A DNA stretch of 51,100 bases from NCBI GenBank assembly GCA_025603075.1, contig MU626400.1:1-51100 (forward strand), read 5' to 3'. Under the pieces are notes generated by a model that was not told where the DNA came from, made no database searches, and was given only the letters and a program-made list of their open reading frames with translations. Both the position numbers and the translations under genes were made by a program. Positions 1-11,079 of the stretch are shown here, piece after piece (position 1 is the stretch's first letter; every line of letters begins with the position of its first letter). The DNA is from Neoconidiobolus thromboides FSU 785. Lineage: Eukaryota > Fungi > Entomophthoromycota.

Positions 1-4
1 ATGA

Positions 5-103
5 TATAAGTAATATAATATAAATAATATAATATAAGTAATATAATATAAATAATATAATATAATATAAATAATATAATATAAATAATATAATATAAGT
101 AAT
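5..103. repeat. AT-rich minisatellite (28-bp unit ATAAGTAATATAATATAAATAATATAAT and partial units)
   Basis: Two full 28-bp units from position 5, followed by truncated units built from AATAT. May extend beyond the window start. Confidence 0.75.
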
Positions 104-126
104 GGAATAAAAAAACATCCCCATTT
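97..126 (+). mobile_element. MITE-A partial copy (right end only)
   Basis: AAGTAATGGAATAAAAAAACATCCCCATTT matches the right end of the ~105-bp dispersed element (AAGTAATGAAACCAAAAAAACATCCCCATAT). Confidence 0.6.
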
Positions 127-1187
127 GATATCCTACTTATTTACTTAGCAGTTATTAAAATTATTAAGTTTTTGTTATTTTTGTAAGATAAGCTGAGGTT
201 GATCTTTTGATTTTTGTAATTTCTATAAACTCTATAACTTTAATTAGAGTTATATTACTCTTTATTTATTTATTAAATACTGGATAACAATGTAACTTAT
301 TATTATAATTAATAAAATCTAAATACTTTTTGATACCTTGTATTTTTATTATTATTTTTATATTATTGTTTTTTATACTTTTTAAAGATTATATCTGTTT
401 TTTACTATCAACAATTAAATTATTAATTTTATTATTATTAATTATTTTTAAATAATCATATTGATTTTTACTTATATTGAATATAAAACTTTTAAATATA
501 ATTGAATTTTCAAACCAATTTGGATATTCATACAATTTTAAAGTATCCATAATAATTGACAAGTAACTTTGGTGGTAAAATTATGATAAGAAACAAATCT
601 CACACTATTATTTCAAATGAAATATTTTTTATAATTTAATAAGTTAAATGGATTTCAAAAAGTGATATAAAGAAGATTAATATCAAAGTTAATAATAACT
701 TTAGCGACATATATATTAAGTATGAATATAAAATATAGCAAAATTAAGGCTTATTATACTCATACAAAGTACATGAGCAATTAGACCTCCTCCTCTAGAT
801 TCCTCTTTATTGAGATTTATTTATTACTGATTCTGAAATAAACTTTACTTTTAAGCTCTACTGATTATGTTGATTTAGTTAACTTAACCTAAAGTATTAT
901 TTTCGCCTTAAATTCATCTAAGAAGGCTTTAAAACTTCTGGTTTTCGTTGGCCAAGCATTATGGTTACCTTGTCTTATCTTATACTACCTTACAAGTTGG
1001 TATATCACTGGGATTAAGGACTTTGAAGTCCTTGTGACTTTCATTTACGAATCTATCAGCCAAATCACCTAATGATTTTAAATTTTACACTTGTAGACAT
1101 GTTTTAAATTCATGAAAATAAAGTATATACGATTTATTTGGGTATAAAATAGCAAGGCATAAGTAACACAGTAACCAAAGTTTAGAC

Positions 1188-1487
1188 TTAGTATCCCCCT
1201 CCTCCCCCTCCCCCTCCATCACCACAACCCCCACTATCTCCACCACCGTTCCAATCTGAATAACCACCACTATTTCCAGCCCAAAAACCATCACCTCCTC
1301 CATTACCAGTAGAATAACAGCAACTAGTATTGGTAGTTTCATTATTTACGCTACTACTGTTATTTGATGATATACAATAAAAATCCCAAAAAGAAATATC
1401 AGTATTTTTATTGTCATTTGAAGTATCTTTAGTTTTGTTTTGTCTATCCATACGTTGCTTATCAGGCTCAGTAGTTATAGGATCCAT
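1188..1487 (-). CDS. Small protein with IxxEPx4M motif and Gly-rich (GGGxGG, Cys-containing) tail; divergent member of the Cys-rich array
   Basis: 99-aa ATG ORF. ITTEPDKQRMD matches the family motif; tail is CCYSTGNGGGDG...GGCGDGGGGGGGGY. Confidence 0.65.
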   Translation of the reverse strand: MDPITTEPDKQRMDRQNKTKDTSNDNKNTDISFWDFYCISSNNSSSVNNETTNTSCCYSTGNGGGDGFWAGNSGGYSDWNGGGDSGGCGDGGGGGGGGY

Positions 1488-1626
1488 TGAGTTTGTTTTG
1501 CAATGTTTTTTTGTATTTTTTGAGATATTTTATACTTGGATTTTAAAATGCGGCCAATTTAATGCTATTTCTTAGCTTCTATTAAGAATGCTGTCAATTT
1601 ACAAATTTATAAGGAATTAATCAAGC

Positions 1627-1733
1627 ATATGGGGATGTATTTTTGTGTTTAAAGATTTTCCTAACAATTTTTCCGCTCAAATAGGGCTTAAAAAATGGAA
1701 GAAGTAATGAAAACAAAAAAGACATCCACATAT
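1627..1733 (+). mobile_element. MITE-A copy
   Basis: ATATGGGGATGTATTTTTGTGTTT...CTCAAATAGGGCTTAAAAAATGGAA...ACATCCACATAT; terminal inverted repeats. Confidence 0.85.
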
Positions 1734-2182
1734 TTTGTTTTTTATAGTCACTTTATGCATGAGTTGAACTACTGGTTATAATGAGATTGATTTTATAATT
1801 TATTATAATACGTTGATTTTTTTAATATTCTATTTATCGATAGTTATCTTGTTTTGTTTTCATGCTAATTAGAATATCAAGTTTATAGTTTGTTAATAAA
1901 AAATAGATAATATAATATTATGGATTTAAGGCTTAAATTCAATCATAGAATGTAATCATTTGTTTCCATATGAAAAATTCTAAATCATTCAATTTTATTT
2001 AAGCCTATTTTAATTCATTATAATCACTATAAATTTTTTTAAATAGAGATTGAAATACTTCAATTTAATATTGTTATGTATAAATTTTTTTACAATAACA
2101 GCTAATATTTTTATCCTCAAAATATATTTAAAAATTAAAATCCAAAATTAAAATACCAATTAGTATTGAAAATAAAAATACT

Positions 2183-2286
2183 ATATGGGGATGTGTTTTT
2201 TCGTTTAGGAATTTTATTAACAATCTTTCCACTCAAATAGCGCTTAAAAATGGAAAACGTAATGAAGACAAAAAACATCTTCATAT
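2183..2286 (+). mobile_element. MITE-A copy
   Basis: (T)ATATGGGGATGT...CTCAAATAGCGCTTAAAAATGG...ACATCTTCATAT(A); TA on both flanks. Confidence 0.85.
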
Positions 2287-2374
2287 AGATTTGTAATAAA
2301 AACAGAATATCTGTCCTTTCAGTTATGATAATTTAGAAATAAAACTTTATCTACTCAATAATGTCCACTTTCAC

Positions 2375-3148
2375 TTAACCTTCATAGTTGTCACTATCAT
2401 TGTTCGCTTTTATATGACTATAACGTGAAAGTCCATTATGGTTATAATTATTTGATACTATATCATCATAACTAGGGGGTTCTTCATGGCTATGGGTATT
2501 ATCTCTGCAGCTTATTAAATGATTTTGAGAATCATATTTATTATGATAACCTTGATCATAATAGTCTCGAATATGCATCAATCTAATACTTGAATCATTT
2601 GTTATGTTATTGTTATCCCTATATTTAGTATCTTTATTTTTTAATGAATTAGAGCAAACAATAAAAGGTCTATTATTATTATCTATATTTGTTATTTTTG
2701 CTTGATTTTTTGCTTGATTACTATTGCTGCTTTCTGAACTATTTAACTTGTCTTTATATTCATAATAAACATTCATTCGTTCTTTTAATTTTTCTTCAGG
2801 AGTTTTTACCTTTGAAGCACTTTTGTTCTCATTTATAATCAACAATTTATTTTTGTTACTGTCATTGTAATCATACAATCGATATTCATTATTTTTAGTT
2901 TCTTTAAAACTTAATATTGTATTGCTAATGCTTTTACCAAAATGCAAATCCCGATATTCATAATAATAGGTTGGAGCAACTGGGGTTGAGTCTGAGGTTG
3001 GGATGGAGGTATATTTTACATTAATTTTACTTTGGTCTGTATCTTTAAATATATGTAATATTGAATTAACAGCTGAGTTTACTTTAAGTTTAAGTTCTTT
3101 ATTAGACTTGCTTTTTCCACTAGATACATTTTTATACTTTTCAAACAT
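2375..3148 (-). CDS. Hypothetical hydrophilic N/K/S-rich protein with C-terminal PPSY motif
   Basis: 257-aa ATG ORF, too long to be chance in this AT-rich DNA. No recognised domain; contains EEPPSYDD. Confidence 0.65.
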   Translation of the reverse strand: MFEKYKNVSSGKSKSNKELKLKVNSAVNSILHIFKDTDQSKINVKYTSIPTSDSTPVAPTYYYEYRDLHFGKSISNTILSFKETKNNEYRLYDYNDSNKNKLLIINENKSASKVKTPEEKLKERMNVYYEYKDKLNSSESSNSNQAKNQAKITNIDNNNRPFIVCSNSLKNKDTKYRDNNNITNDSSIRLMHIRDYYDQGYHNKYDSQNHLISCRDNTHSHEEPPSYDDIVSNNYNHNGLSRYSHIKANNDSDNYEG

Positions 3149-3736
3149 TATTAGTGTATTATATTAAAAAAAGAAATAATTTTTTATAAAGTTGTTTAGC
3201 TCCTTTTTATATTGAATTGATTACTATTACTTTAATTTATTCTTATTTCTCCCTTTCATATATTTATAGTCACCTTTTGAAAAACACAATCAAACTTTTA
3301 TGATTAATTGATTTGCTTTTCTAAAAAATTCAAGGCTAAAAACTCTCTCGTGATTATTTACACCAAAAGTTATCTTTTTTCTTGATCTACTTTGTGTATA
3401 ATTGATTTATCATATATGATATGAAGGTAATAAATATAATACAAATATTTTTATGGGTTTACTTAAATTGTAACTCAATTTTAATGTTTTATTAAATTAT
3501 TATTTTCAACTTTATTAAAATTATATAATATCAAATTTCTATATATTAAGATATTTTTACGTTATAGTTCTAATACACTTTTCGATTCCTAATTAAATGA
3601 TTTAAGCGTTATGACACTATGAATGTAATAAAAAGAATAATGGTTCAATAAATATTATCAATAGCTTAAAACACAGTAATAAATATTAACAAAACAATTA
3701 AATTAATTGAAAAAATATAATGTTTTTAGAGCTGTT

Positions 3737-3839
3737 TATGGGAGTATTTTTTTTGACTTCATCACTTTTTCCATCTTTTAACTGCTATTTGAGTGGAGAA
3801 ATTGTTAGTGAAATTCTTAAACACAAAATACGTCCCCAT
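3737..3839 (-). mobile_element. MITE-A copy
   Basis: Reverse-orientation match: TATGGGAGT...GCTATTTGAGTGG...AAATTCTTAAACACAAAATACGTCCCCAT. Confidence 0.85.
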
Positions 3840-5137
3840 CTGTTATCGATCACAATAGTTCCAAATTTAATAATACTATTTATACATAATATAATATATT
3901 GGATTTTATAATGATTGTTTCAATAAAAAACATCTTGTTTGTTATCTACATTTTTATCTGTTAATAAACATGTCTAATATGATAAAGAGTATGTATTAAA
4001 AATCAATAATATTAAGTTGATATAAATTCTACTTTTAAAACTAACAGTATAAATAAATGTACTTTTAATCCCATTCAACTGATTTATACCCTATTTCAGG
4101 TATTACCTCAATTACTATTAGATTTGATACAACTGATACTTTTTAATGTTAAATGAAAAGTATGTTAAATCCTTCTAATGTGAGTTCATTTGATATCAGC
4201 TATCAGCTATAATTAGCTCTTTGAGATATACTCAAAGACCAATGTAGATAATACTGTTGATATAGTTGGCAATAAGATTGACTTTGTTGATATATTTATT
4301 AATTATTATTGATTTATAGATCGTTATGTTATTACATTAATATTGTTCCCTATAAGTATGATAGTAATACTTCAGTTTACTAATTTATTAAAGATGAAAT
4401 AATATCTTTTCATTTAAGGTTTTAGTCAATTACTAAAATAAGCCAAATTTAAAAGGTAAATATAGAAAAGTGATATAGTTGAAACTATATAATTGAGTTT
4501 GTTCTTGTATTCACTTTAATTCTATTTATAAATAGCTATATCATAAATTATATCATATTGCATTAATAAAGCATTTAGTGTCTAAAAATTTATCAAAAAA
4601 TAAAGCATCAATTTTCTAAGAACCAGATTGCTGATAGCTTCATTATATCTACTCTTCTTTACTCTTAGATTGCGTTGTACAAATTATGATTTGACTCTAT
4701 AAAATTCAATTTACTTAAGTTTAAAGCAATCAATATCAAATTGATCAATTTTTCAATTTTTCATTAATTATCCTCTTTTCCTTTCTCTTCCTCCGCTAGC
4801 ACTCATACTACCTACCTTTCACTTTTTTAAACTTTTACTTACCTCCAACAATAAATAACTTGAAAGTTTAATCTCTTTAAAACCTTTTAAAAAAAACAAA
4901 GCATTAAAACGTCAGTGATTATAACTACTCACAAATGAATGTCATTAACATAAAATAAGCCACTTTATAACTTTAAAAGAACAAGGACAAATCCAACTTA
5001 AAATTATCTAAATTTAACTCTTATTATTATTAATAGAATAATATAATTAATTTTAGAACTTGAACAATCAACTTATAAGAAAGTATAAATAGCTTTAAAT
5101 AGATCCCAAGATTGATATTAAAAACTGCACAAAAAAT

Positions 5138-5575
5138 ATGGAAAAAGAAAGTATTCCGAATCCGCCTAATTACGATAAAACACAAAAGGTTCAACAATCA
5201 ACTCACTTTATGATCAATTCTACAGATAACTCTAAAGATATCATAAAAAATCAACCAATTTCCATGCAAATGGACCATATGAATTCAAGTTATAATACTC
5301 AACTTAATAAAAAGGAACAGGATATAAGGGAGAATTTAAATTCAACAAATTATTGTGCTTCTGGTTTATTTACTTGTCCAAGTAACAATGGGTCGCATTC
5401 TTGCTGTATAATCCCTTATTGCGATTGTAGTAGTTGCGGAAATTGTGATGATTGTTGTAGTGGTTGTGGTGATTGTGGTGATTGTTGTAGTGGTTGTGGT
5501 GATTGTTGTAGTGGTTGTGGTGATTGGGGAGAATGTGTAGTTTCATTTTTGAGTTGTTTTATTTGTGCTTGTTAG
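5138..5575 (+). CDS. Small Cys-rich-tail protein (CYSTM-like architecture) with PPNY motif and CCSGCGD repeats
   Basis: 145-aa ATG ORF. NPPNY, IKNQPISMQMD, Cys-dense C-terminal half ending in hydrophobic VVSFLSCFICAC. Confidence 0.85.
   Translation: MEKESIPNPPNYDKTQKVQQSTHFMINSTDNSKDIIKNQPISMQMDHMNSSYNTQLNKKEQDIRENLNSTNYCASGLFTCPSNNGSHSCCIIPYCDCSSCGNCDDCCSGCGDCGDCCSGCGDCCSGCGDWGECVVSFLSCFICAC
5450..5526 (+). repeat. Coding tandem repeat GATTGTTGTAGTGGTTGTGGT x3 (DCCSGCG)
   Basis: Exact 21-bp units at 5450, 5480 and 5501, with a 9-bp partial unit at 5471. Confidence 0.9.
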
Positions 5576-6316
5576 ATTGAATTTAAAAATCAGTTTGTTT
5601 GATCATATCTTATACAACACATGATTTGCTTAATATTTATTACAAAAAAACATAATTAATTGAATATTAAGATAAATCTACGCTGTTTTATGAGTTGGAT
5701 TAAGATTTTGATTCTAAAAAAAGTTGGTTTATTGATTATAATATAATTGCTATCTTGTTAATAATTTATTATTTATATAAGCATAAAAACAAATAAACAG
5801 ATTTTGTTAAATAGATTCTGAAGCATTTAATTTGAAATATTTCTATCAAAATTAAAATGTTATTTATGTGAATAAAAATAAAAGTATTTATAGTTAAAAA
5901 GTTAAACAAAATGATTTTTTAAGAGATAATAAACTAATAATTATATAGCAGTAACTAGACTTTTATTCTAATCCTTTAAAAACAACCTATTCTTTAACGA
6001 AAACTTAAATAAATACTGGTAAAAATTCTTGCAAGTATAGCATTTTCAGTCAATTATGGTTCTCTAAATCTCAACAGACTTGACTTTTATTTTAACATCA
6101 ATAATCGGCAAAAGTAATGAAAGAATTGAAACTTCAAAATTTTGTTCACTTTCATTGAAATTACTTTTGAAAAAAACATCTTATTGAAATTCTTTTCTTA
6201 AGACTCAGTCATGGTGAATTAGAAATACTACGTTCAGAAATTTAAAAAAATTTGTAATAGAATTTTAACAAATTTATTCATTAAAATCTATTATCTTATT
6301 TTATTTATAAATAGTA

Positions 6317-6422
6317 TTTAGGGGTGTATTTTTGTGTTTAAGAATTTTACTAGCAAACTTTCTGCTTAAATAGCGCCTAAAAGATGAAAAGAAGCAATGA
6401 AGCCAGAAAAAAATCCCCATAT
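6317..6422 (+). mobile_element. MITE-A copy
   Basis: GGGGTGTATTTTTGTGTTTAAGAATTTT...TAGCGCCTAAAAGATG...AATCCCCATAT. Confidence 0.8.
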
Positions 6423-6621
6423 ATAATATCCTGGTTTTTTGTATTATATATTCTTAAAACTTAGTATTAAATAAAGGAAAATATAATTAAATTATTATAA
6501 TGTTACATAAAATGAAGATAGAATATCATCCAATCTTTTTACAATTTATAAATAACTGCGGATAAATAATGTTCTATTTTTATAAAAGATATCTGAATAA
6601 TTTTCTAGAAGAACATTAGAC

Positions 6622-6710
6622 AGGGGCATTTCTATAGTTTCATCGTTTTTTGGATTTTTTAAGTGCTATTTGAGTGGAAAAATTATTAGTAAAATTAAAA
6701 AATTATTCCT
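6622..6710 (-). mobile_element. MITE-A degenerate copy
   Basis: Core AAGTGCTATTTGAGTGGAAAAATTATTAGTAAAATT is retained; termini are decayed. Confidence 0.65.
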
Positions 6711-6859
6711 AGATAGTGGAGTAAATTTCCAATACCCAAGTTTAGCCCTAAATTCATGAATAGTAGAAAAAATTCATCTTACACAAATACCTTGATTTCA
6801 AATAAAAAAGTACAAAAAGCGATTAATGAACATTAAACTTGGTTAAAAAAACATTCAAA

Positions 6860-7213
6860 ATGCAAAAAGGCAATAATTCAAATCCTCCCAGTTATAATGA
6901 AGTGACAGCAATTAAAGATCCAGAACAAGCTAAAATGAGTACTACAAGCAATACTCTAGATATAATAAATGCTCAACCAATTACTATGGAAATGAACTAT
7001 ATGAATTCAAATAAGGGGATGCAATTTAACAAAGGTACTGAAAGCTCGACAAATAATCCAAATTCAACAGATCAATATGTTTCTGGCTATACTACAAGAT
7101 CAAGTAATGTAAGTTCGTGTAATTGTTGCTCGAATGCCACAAGCATTTATGGTTGTATGGCTTTTGGACATTCTATAGGCCTTCTTTTAGGCCTTTGTTT
7201 TTTATGTTGTTAG
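6860..7213 (+). CDS. Small Cys-rich-tail protein, array member with PPSY motif
   Basis: First ATG is at 6860 (the track start at 6839 is TTG). NPPSY, INAQPITMEMN, tail CNCC...LLLGLCFLCC. Confidence 0.85.
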   Translation: MQKGNNSNPPSYNEVTAIKDPEQAKMSTTSNTLDIINAQPITMEMNYMNSNKGMQFNKGTESSTNNPNSTDQYVSGYTTRSSNVSSCNCCSNATSIYGCMAFGHSIGLLLGLCFLCC

Positions 7214-7614
7214 AATTTAAATCTAAATACCATTTTCTTCAATTGTATATTATACATAACCAAATTTACGCGTTGTTATAAAAACTATGTAATCAATTCA
7301 ACATTGAAATAAAACTATGATGATGTTTTAGTTTATAATCGAATTTACATTTAATACAAAACTATATGGATTGTTATTAGTTATAATTGACTGTATCATT
7401 GTTATTTTTTATTCAAGTAATGAAGATCAAATAACTTGATTTCAAATACTTTTCTTTTAGTGTACCAAGCGTTGGCTCTTTTTAGCTAAAGTTCCAATTG
7501 TATGTTTATTTTATTACATAGTTTTACTCATTAACCTTTTGAGTATTTCAGGTATTTTCATATATATAGAAAACAATCAAGTTCTTTCCTAAGTTGTTTG
7601 GGTTTGTTTAGTAG

Positions 7615-7880
7615 TTAAAACTTGACAATGTTAAATTAAAAAGTATCGATTATCCCATTTCTATATATATTTAATATGGTTATCAATGTATCAAAGTACC
7701 ATTATACTATATTTATGTATTATAACCAAACTGTTCCTTACGATTAACTACTTTTATGAAAGTCAACTTTTGTGAAGAACACGTTTTTACTCTTTAAAGA
7801 CTATTTATTGACTTGCGAGATTGATGGGCCCAATAAAAATGCTTAGTATTGAGTCACATCCTAACTTCAAAAAAATTTAA
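7615..7880 (+). mobile_element. Possible heavily decayed non-LTR (LINE) reverse transcriptase relic
   Basis: One frame with stops reads K..D...IDY-PISI ... TFMKVNFCEEHVFTL*RLFID, then NFKK.FN after a shift. This resembles YRPISL / GF...DHIFTL / DFKKAFD, with plausible spacing. Confidence 0.3.
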
Positions 7881-8243
7881 TATTTCTTCATGTACAATAA
7901 TTTATTTAAGAAATTCAAAAAACATTTTAAAAATAGATAAGATGGGGAGCTAGATGATATTCTATAGACAGTTATCTTGGTTCTTTAATAGGAATTCCAA
8001 TATGAAAGCTTTAGAAATAATATTTAAACGGTGTATAAATTATTGGAGATACTCGCGTACTAAAAAATTAAATGAAAATAACACATTTAAAGTTAATCAC
8101 TAGCATTCAATACTTTGTCCTACACTATTTATAAATCGAATACATGATCACTTATTTCAGTTTACATAGTTCAAACATTAAACATCCAAAACAGTACAAT
8201 CTTAAAATAAACAACGCAATAGTTTATCGTTTAAAAATACACC

Positions 8244-8345
8244 ATTAGGGGCTGTTTTTTTAGTTTGATTATTTTTCCATTTTTAAGTGCTATTTGAGTG
8301 GAAAAATTGTAATAAAATTCTTAAACAGAAAAATTCATCCTCATT
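8244..8345 (-). mobile_element. MITE-A copy
   Basis: TTTTTCCATTTTTAAGTGCTATTTGAGTGGAAAAATTG...AAATTCTTAAACAG...CATCCTCAT. Confidence 0.8.
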
Positions 8346-8610
8346 ATAATGTTAAAAAAATTAAAAAATGTATCAACCAAGGCTTCTGTTAGCTACAAAT
8401 ACCTAAAAGATAAAATTTATCTTATTAATGTATAAAATCAACATTTATAAAGATTTAGAAAAAAACTGAATAATTATTTAGCTTAGTTTTCTAAATTTGA
8501 CTAGTTAAGTAAAATATATCAATTAGTCTTATAAAAGCACAACTAATTCAAAAAAGAAGATTATAGAAAGGAACTAAAAGACATAAAGATTAGCTTACAA
8601 TACATAAAAA

Positions 8611-8802
8611 ATAAAAAAGACATTATCTTAAATCTTTCCAATTACAATAAAATAGCTAAAATAAACGTCCAGATCAATCCAAGTTCAACATTGCAAATTT
8701 TCCAGATATACCAAAAGCTCAACCAATAGCTACAAAAATGAACTATATAATTCTGAATGGTGTATAGATGCTCCTTTAACTATTTGCATCTATGTCTGCT
8801 GA
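8611..8802 (+). pseudogene. Decayed member of the Cys-rich array
   Basis: Start codon lost. Frameshifted pieces KDIILNLSNY / PDQSK / DIPKAQPIATKMNY align to the paralogs, and a shortened Cys tail (WC...ICIYVC*) lies in another frame. Confidence 0.75.
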
Positions 8803-9360
8803 AATTCAAATTTTAACATTATCTTTACCAGCTACATGTTACATAATGAGTAGTCTATCTAACACATTACTATAAAAACTATATAAGGACCTTCTTTTTA
8901 TTTCAGTGTTTTTGATAGTTTTCTGAATTTTACGATGATGAGAATAAAAAAGAATGAGCCAAGAGACATCTTCATATAACTAATTATACATTGAAATAAG
9001 ATAATGTTTTTTGTAGTTGTAGGAGTGCATATGTATTAAATGAGTCATCAACTGTAACTTTATAGTATTATTAATTAGATTTTTGTACAATCAATAAAGG
9101 GAAGTACTAATTTTGTTAAATGGGCCTTTAAATAACCCCTTTTAATTCATTAAGTATTAGTTTTTTATTATAATATAATTATAGCTTAAAACAACCATAT
9201 AACTTTAATCGATTAAATCTTTAAAAGTTCTATAAATTTCTTAATTTTAAATAAAATTATTTTTATTGTGTCAAATCAATACGATTTTCGGCTATATTAT
9301 CATTAGATTCAGGTTTAATTATTATACTTAGACTCTTAAATGTAGTATCAACATAGTATT

Positions 9361-9457
9361 ATATGGGAATGTATTTTTACATTTAAGAATTTTGCTAACA
9401 AATTTTCCACTTAAATAGCGCTTAAAAAATGAAAAAAGTGGTAAAATCAAAACATCC
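9361..9457 (+). mobile_element. MITE-A copy (right terminus clipped)
   Basis: ATATGGGAATGTATTTTT...TTAAATAGCGCTTAAAAAATG...AAAACATCC. Confidence 0.8.
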
Positions 9458-10191
9458 AGGTATACTATTTGGATAGTATCTTATGATTGTCTACGTCATA
9501 AAACTTAAACCTGTTTGTTTTTATTGTTTTCCTAAACTACTCACTTATTAAATTTCTTATTTAGATTATTGTGATGAGATATTCTAGCAATTTTATCCAA
9601 AAAAATTTCACTCAACAATGCTTAAATAATAGAAAAATAGTGAATTCAAAAGTCATTTCTATGAAATTTAAAATTTGATAGCCAAGACTAAATTATTTAA
9701 TTATATATTAATTTTATACCTTGACATTTTAGTCAGTATTTAATCAATAAATTTAATATAGTCCAATAAACATTCAAAAACAGATTTAACTATACTATTT
9801 GCGACAATGTTATTATTTAATCTTGTTCGAGTATTAAGAAAATATAAAAAATTCAAACATTCAAATAGTTTTTTTCAAGTTACAAAATTAGACTTTAAAC
9901 ATTAAATAAAGAACGTACTGCTATAATATTATAAAAAATGTTAAGCTATATAAAACTTTTATTGGTTATGAATGTCCATTTTGTAGCAATATTTATTTAT
10001 ATAGATTGAAGTTCTAGTATATTAAACTAGAAGAACATTAATTAAATAAATACAATTCTAATTTACAAATTTAGCTACCATTTTATTAGCATAATAAATT
10101 GATTGGTATTATAAAAAGATAATAAATTAAAAGTGATAACTATAAAAAACAACTATCTGACATCAAAGCTAACTCAAAATTCAGATAAAAG

Positions 10192-10557
10192 ATGGAAAAT
10201 ATTAGCTCTAATTCTCCAAACTACAGTGAAAAATTATTGATTAAACAGCCAGAACAAGCTAGGACGAGCTGGACAAACAGTTATTTAGATACAATAAAAG
10301 CTCAACCAAGCACCATAGAAATGAATTATACGACCCCAATTTCGAATTACGATGATAAAAGCCAAACTACTAGAAGCGAAAAAGGTTTAGAGAATGAATC
10401 AAGCTCAACAGGTCATTGTAGCTCTAATTCCCTCGAAGATTCAAGCAATAAAGGACCTTGCCTTTGTTTCCTTATTCCTTTTTATGATTGTGGGGGGTGT
10501 ATAGGCTGTGGGGAATGTATGCTTTGTCTTTTAACTCTTTGTGGTTGTAGTTGTTAA
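10192..10557 (+). CDS. Small Cys-rich-tail protein, array member
   Basis: 121-aa ATG ORF. NSPNY, IKQPEQAR, IKAQPSTIEMN, tail CLCFLIPFYDCGGCIGCGECMLCLLTLCGCSC. Confidence 0.85.
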   Translation: MENISSNSPNYSEKLLIKQPEQARTSWTNSYLDTIKAQPSTIEMNYTTPISNYDDKSQTTRSEKGLENESSSTGHCSSNSLEDSSNKGPCLCFLIPFYDCGGCIGCGECMLCLLTLCGCSC

Positions 10558-10645
10558 AACTTAACATCAGTATTTTATACAACTACATAAAATAACGCTT
10601 TTAATTTATTATAAAAGTTACAAAATTAATTTGATATTAAAATAA

Positions 10646-10752
10646 ATATGGGAGTGTTTTTTTTGACTTCATTATTTTTTCCATTTTCTAAGCACTATTT
10701 AAGCGGAAAATTTGTTAGTAAAATTCTTAAACACAAAAATACATCCCCATAT
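10646..10752 (-). mobile_element. MITE-A copy
   Basis: ATATGGGAGTGTTTTTTT...ACACAAAAATACATCCCCATAT. Confidence 0.9.
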
Positions 10753-10786
10753 ACTATATTTCATGGATTTGAATTTTCAATTCAAT

Positions 10787-10890
10787 ATATGGGAATGTTT
10801 TTTTATTTCATTATTTTTCTATTTTTTAAGCGCTATTTGAGTGGAAAGATTGTTAGTGAAATTCTTGAACATAAAAAAGCATCCCTATAT
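10787..10890 (-). mobile_element. MITE-A copy (tandem with the previous copy, 34-bp gap)
   Basis: (T)ATATGGGAATG...AAGCGCTATTTGAGTGG...CATCCCTATAT(A). Confidence 0.85.
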
Positions 10891-11079
10891 AGAGTTATAT
10901 GGGTTACTATTAATTATAATTCCTAAGGATATTGCTAGTTTGTTATTTGTTAGCTTATAAAAAAGGGGATCATTTTGCTAAATGAATTTTTACATGCCTT
11001 ATTAACATATCAAAGCTGGCTTTTTCATTAAAAACTAGAGTCTAATTTCCATATATGTAATTTGTTTTAACTGTATTAC

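Noticed and set aside
760-1080. Minus-strand frame ending ...KINLNKEESRGGGL, reminiscent of the LINE RT thumb GGLG motif
   Set aside because: A single weak motif among many stops; not enough to call.
3720-3911. Track ORFs 3720-3911, 10648-10926 and 24443-24757, which resemble each other (FLTSLF...YLSGKIVS.ILKHK)
   Set aside because: Their similarity comes from reading through MITE-A copies, so they are not a protein family.
10646-10890. Two direct repeats separated by a 34-bp spacer (CRISPR-like geometry); similar pair at 24497-24759
   Set aside because: The repeats are ~105 bp, diverged, dispersed in both orientations, and occur only in pairs. There are no cas genes and the context is eukaryotic. 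They are MITE-A copies.
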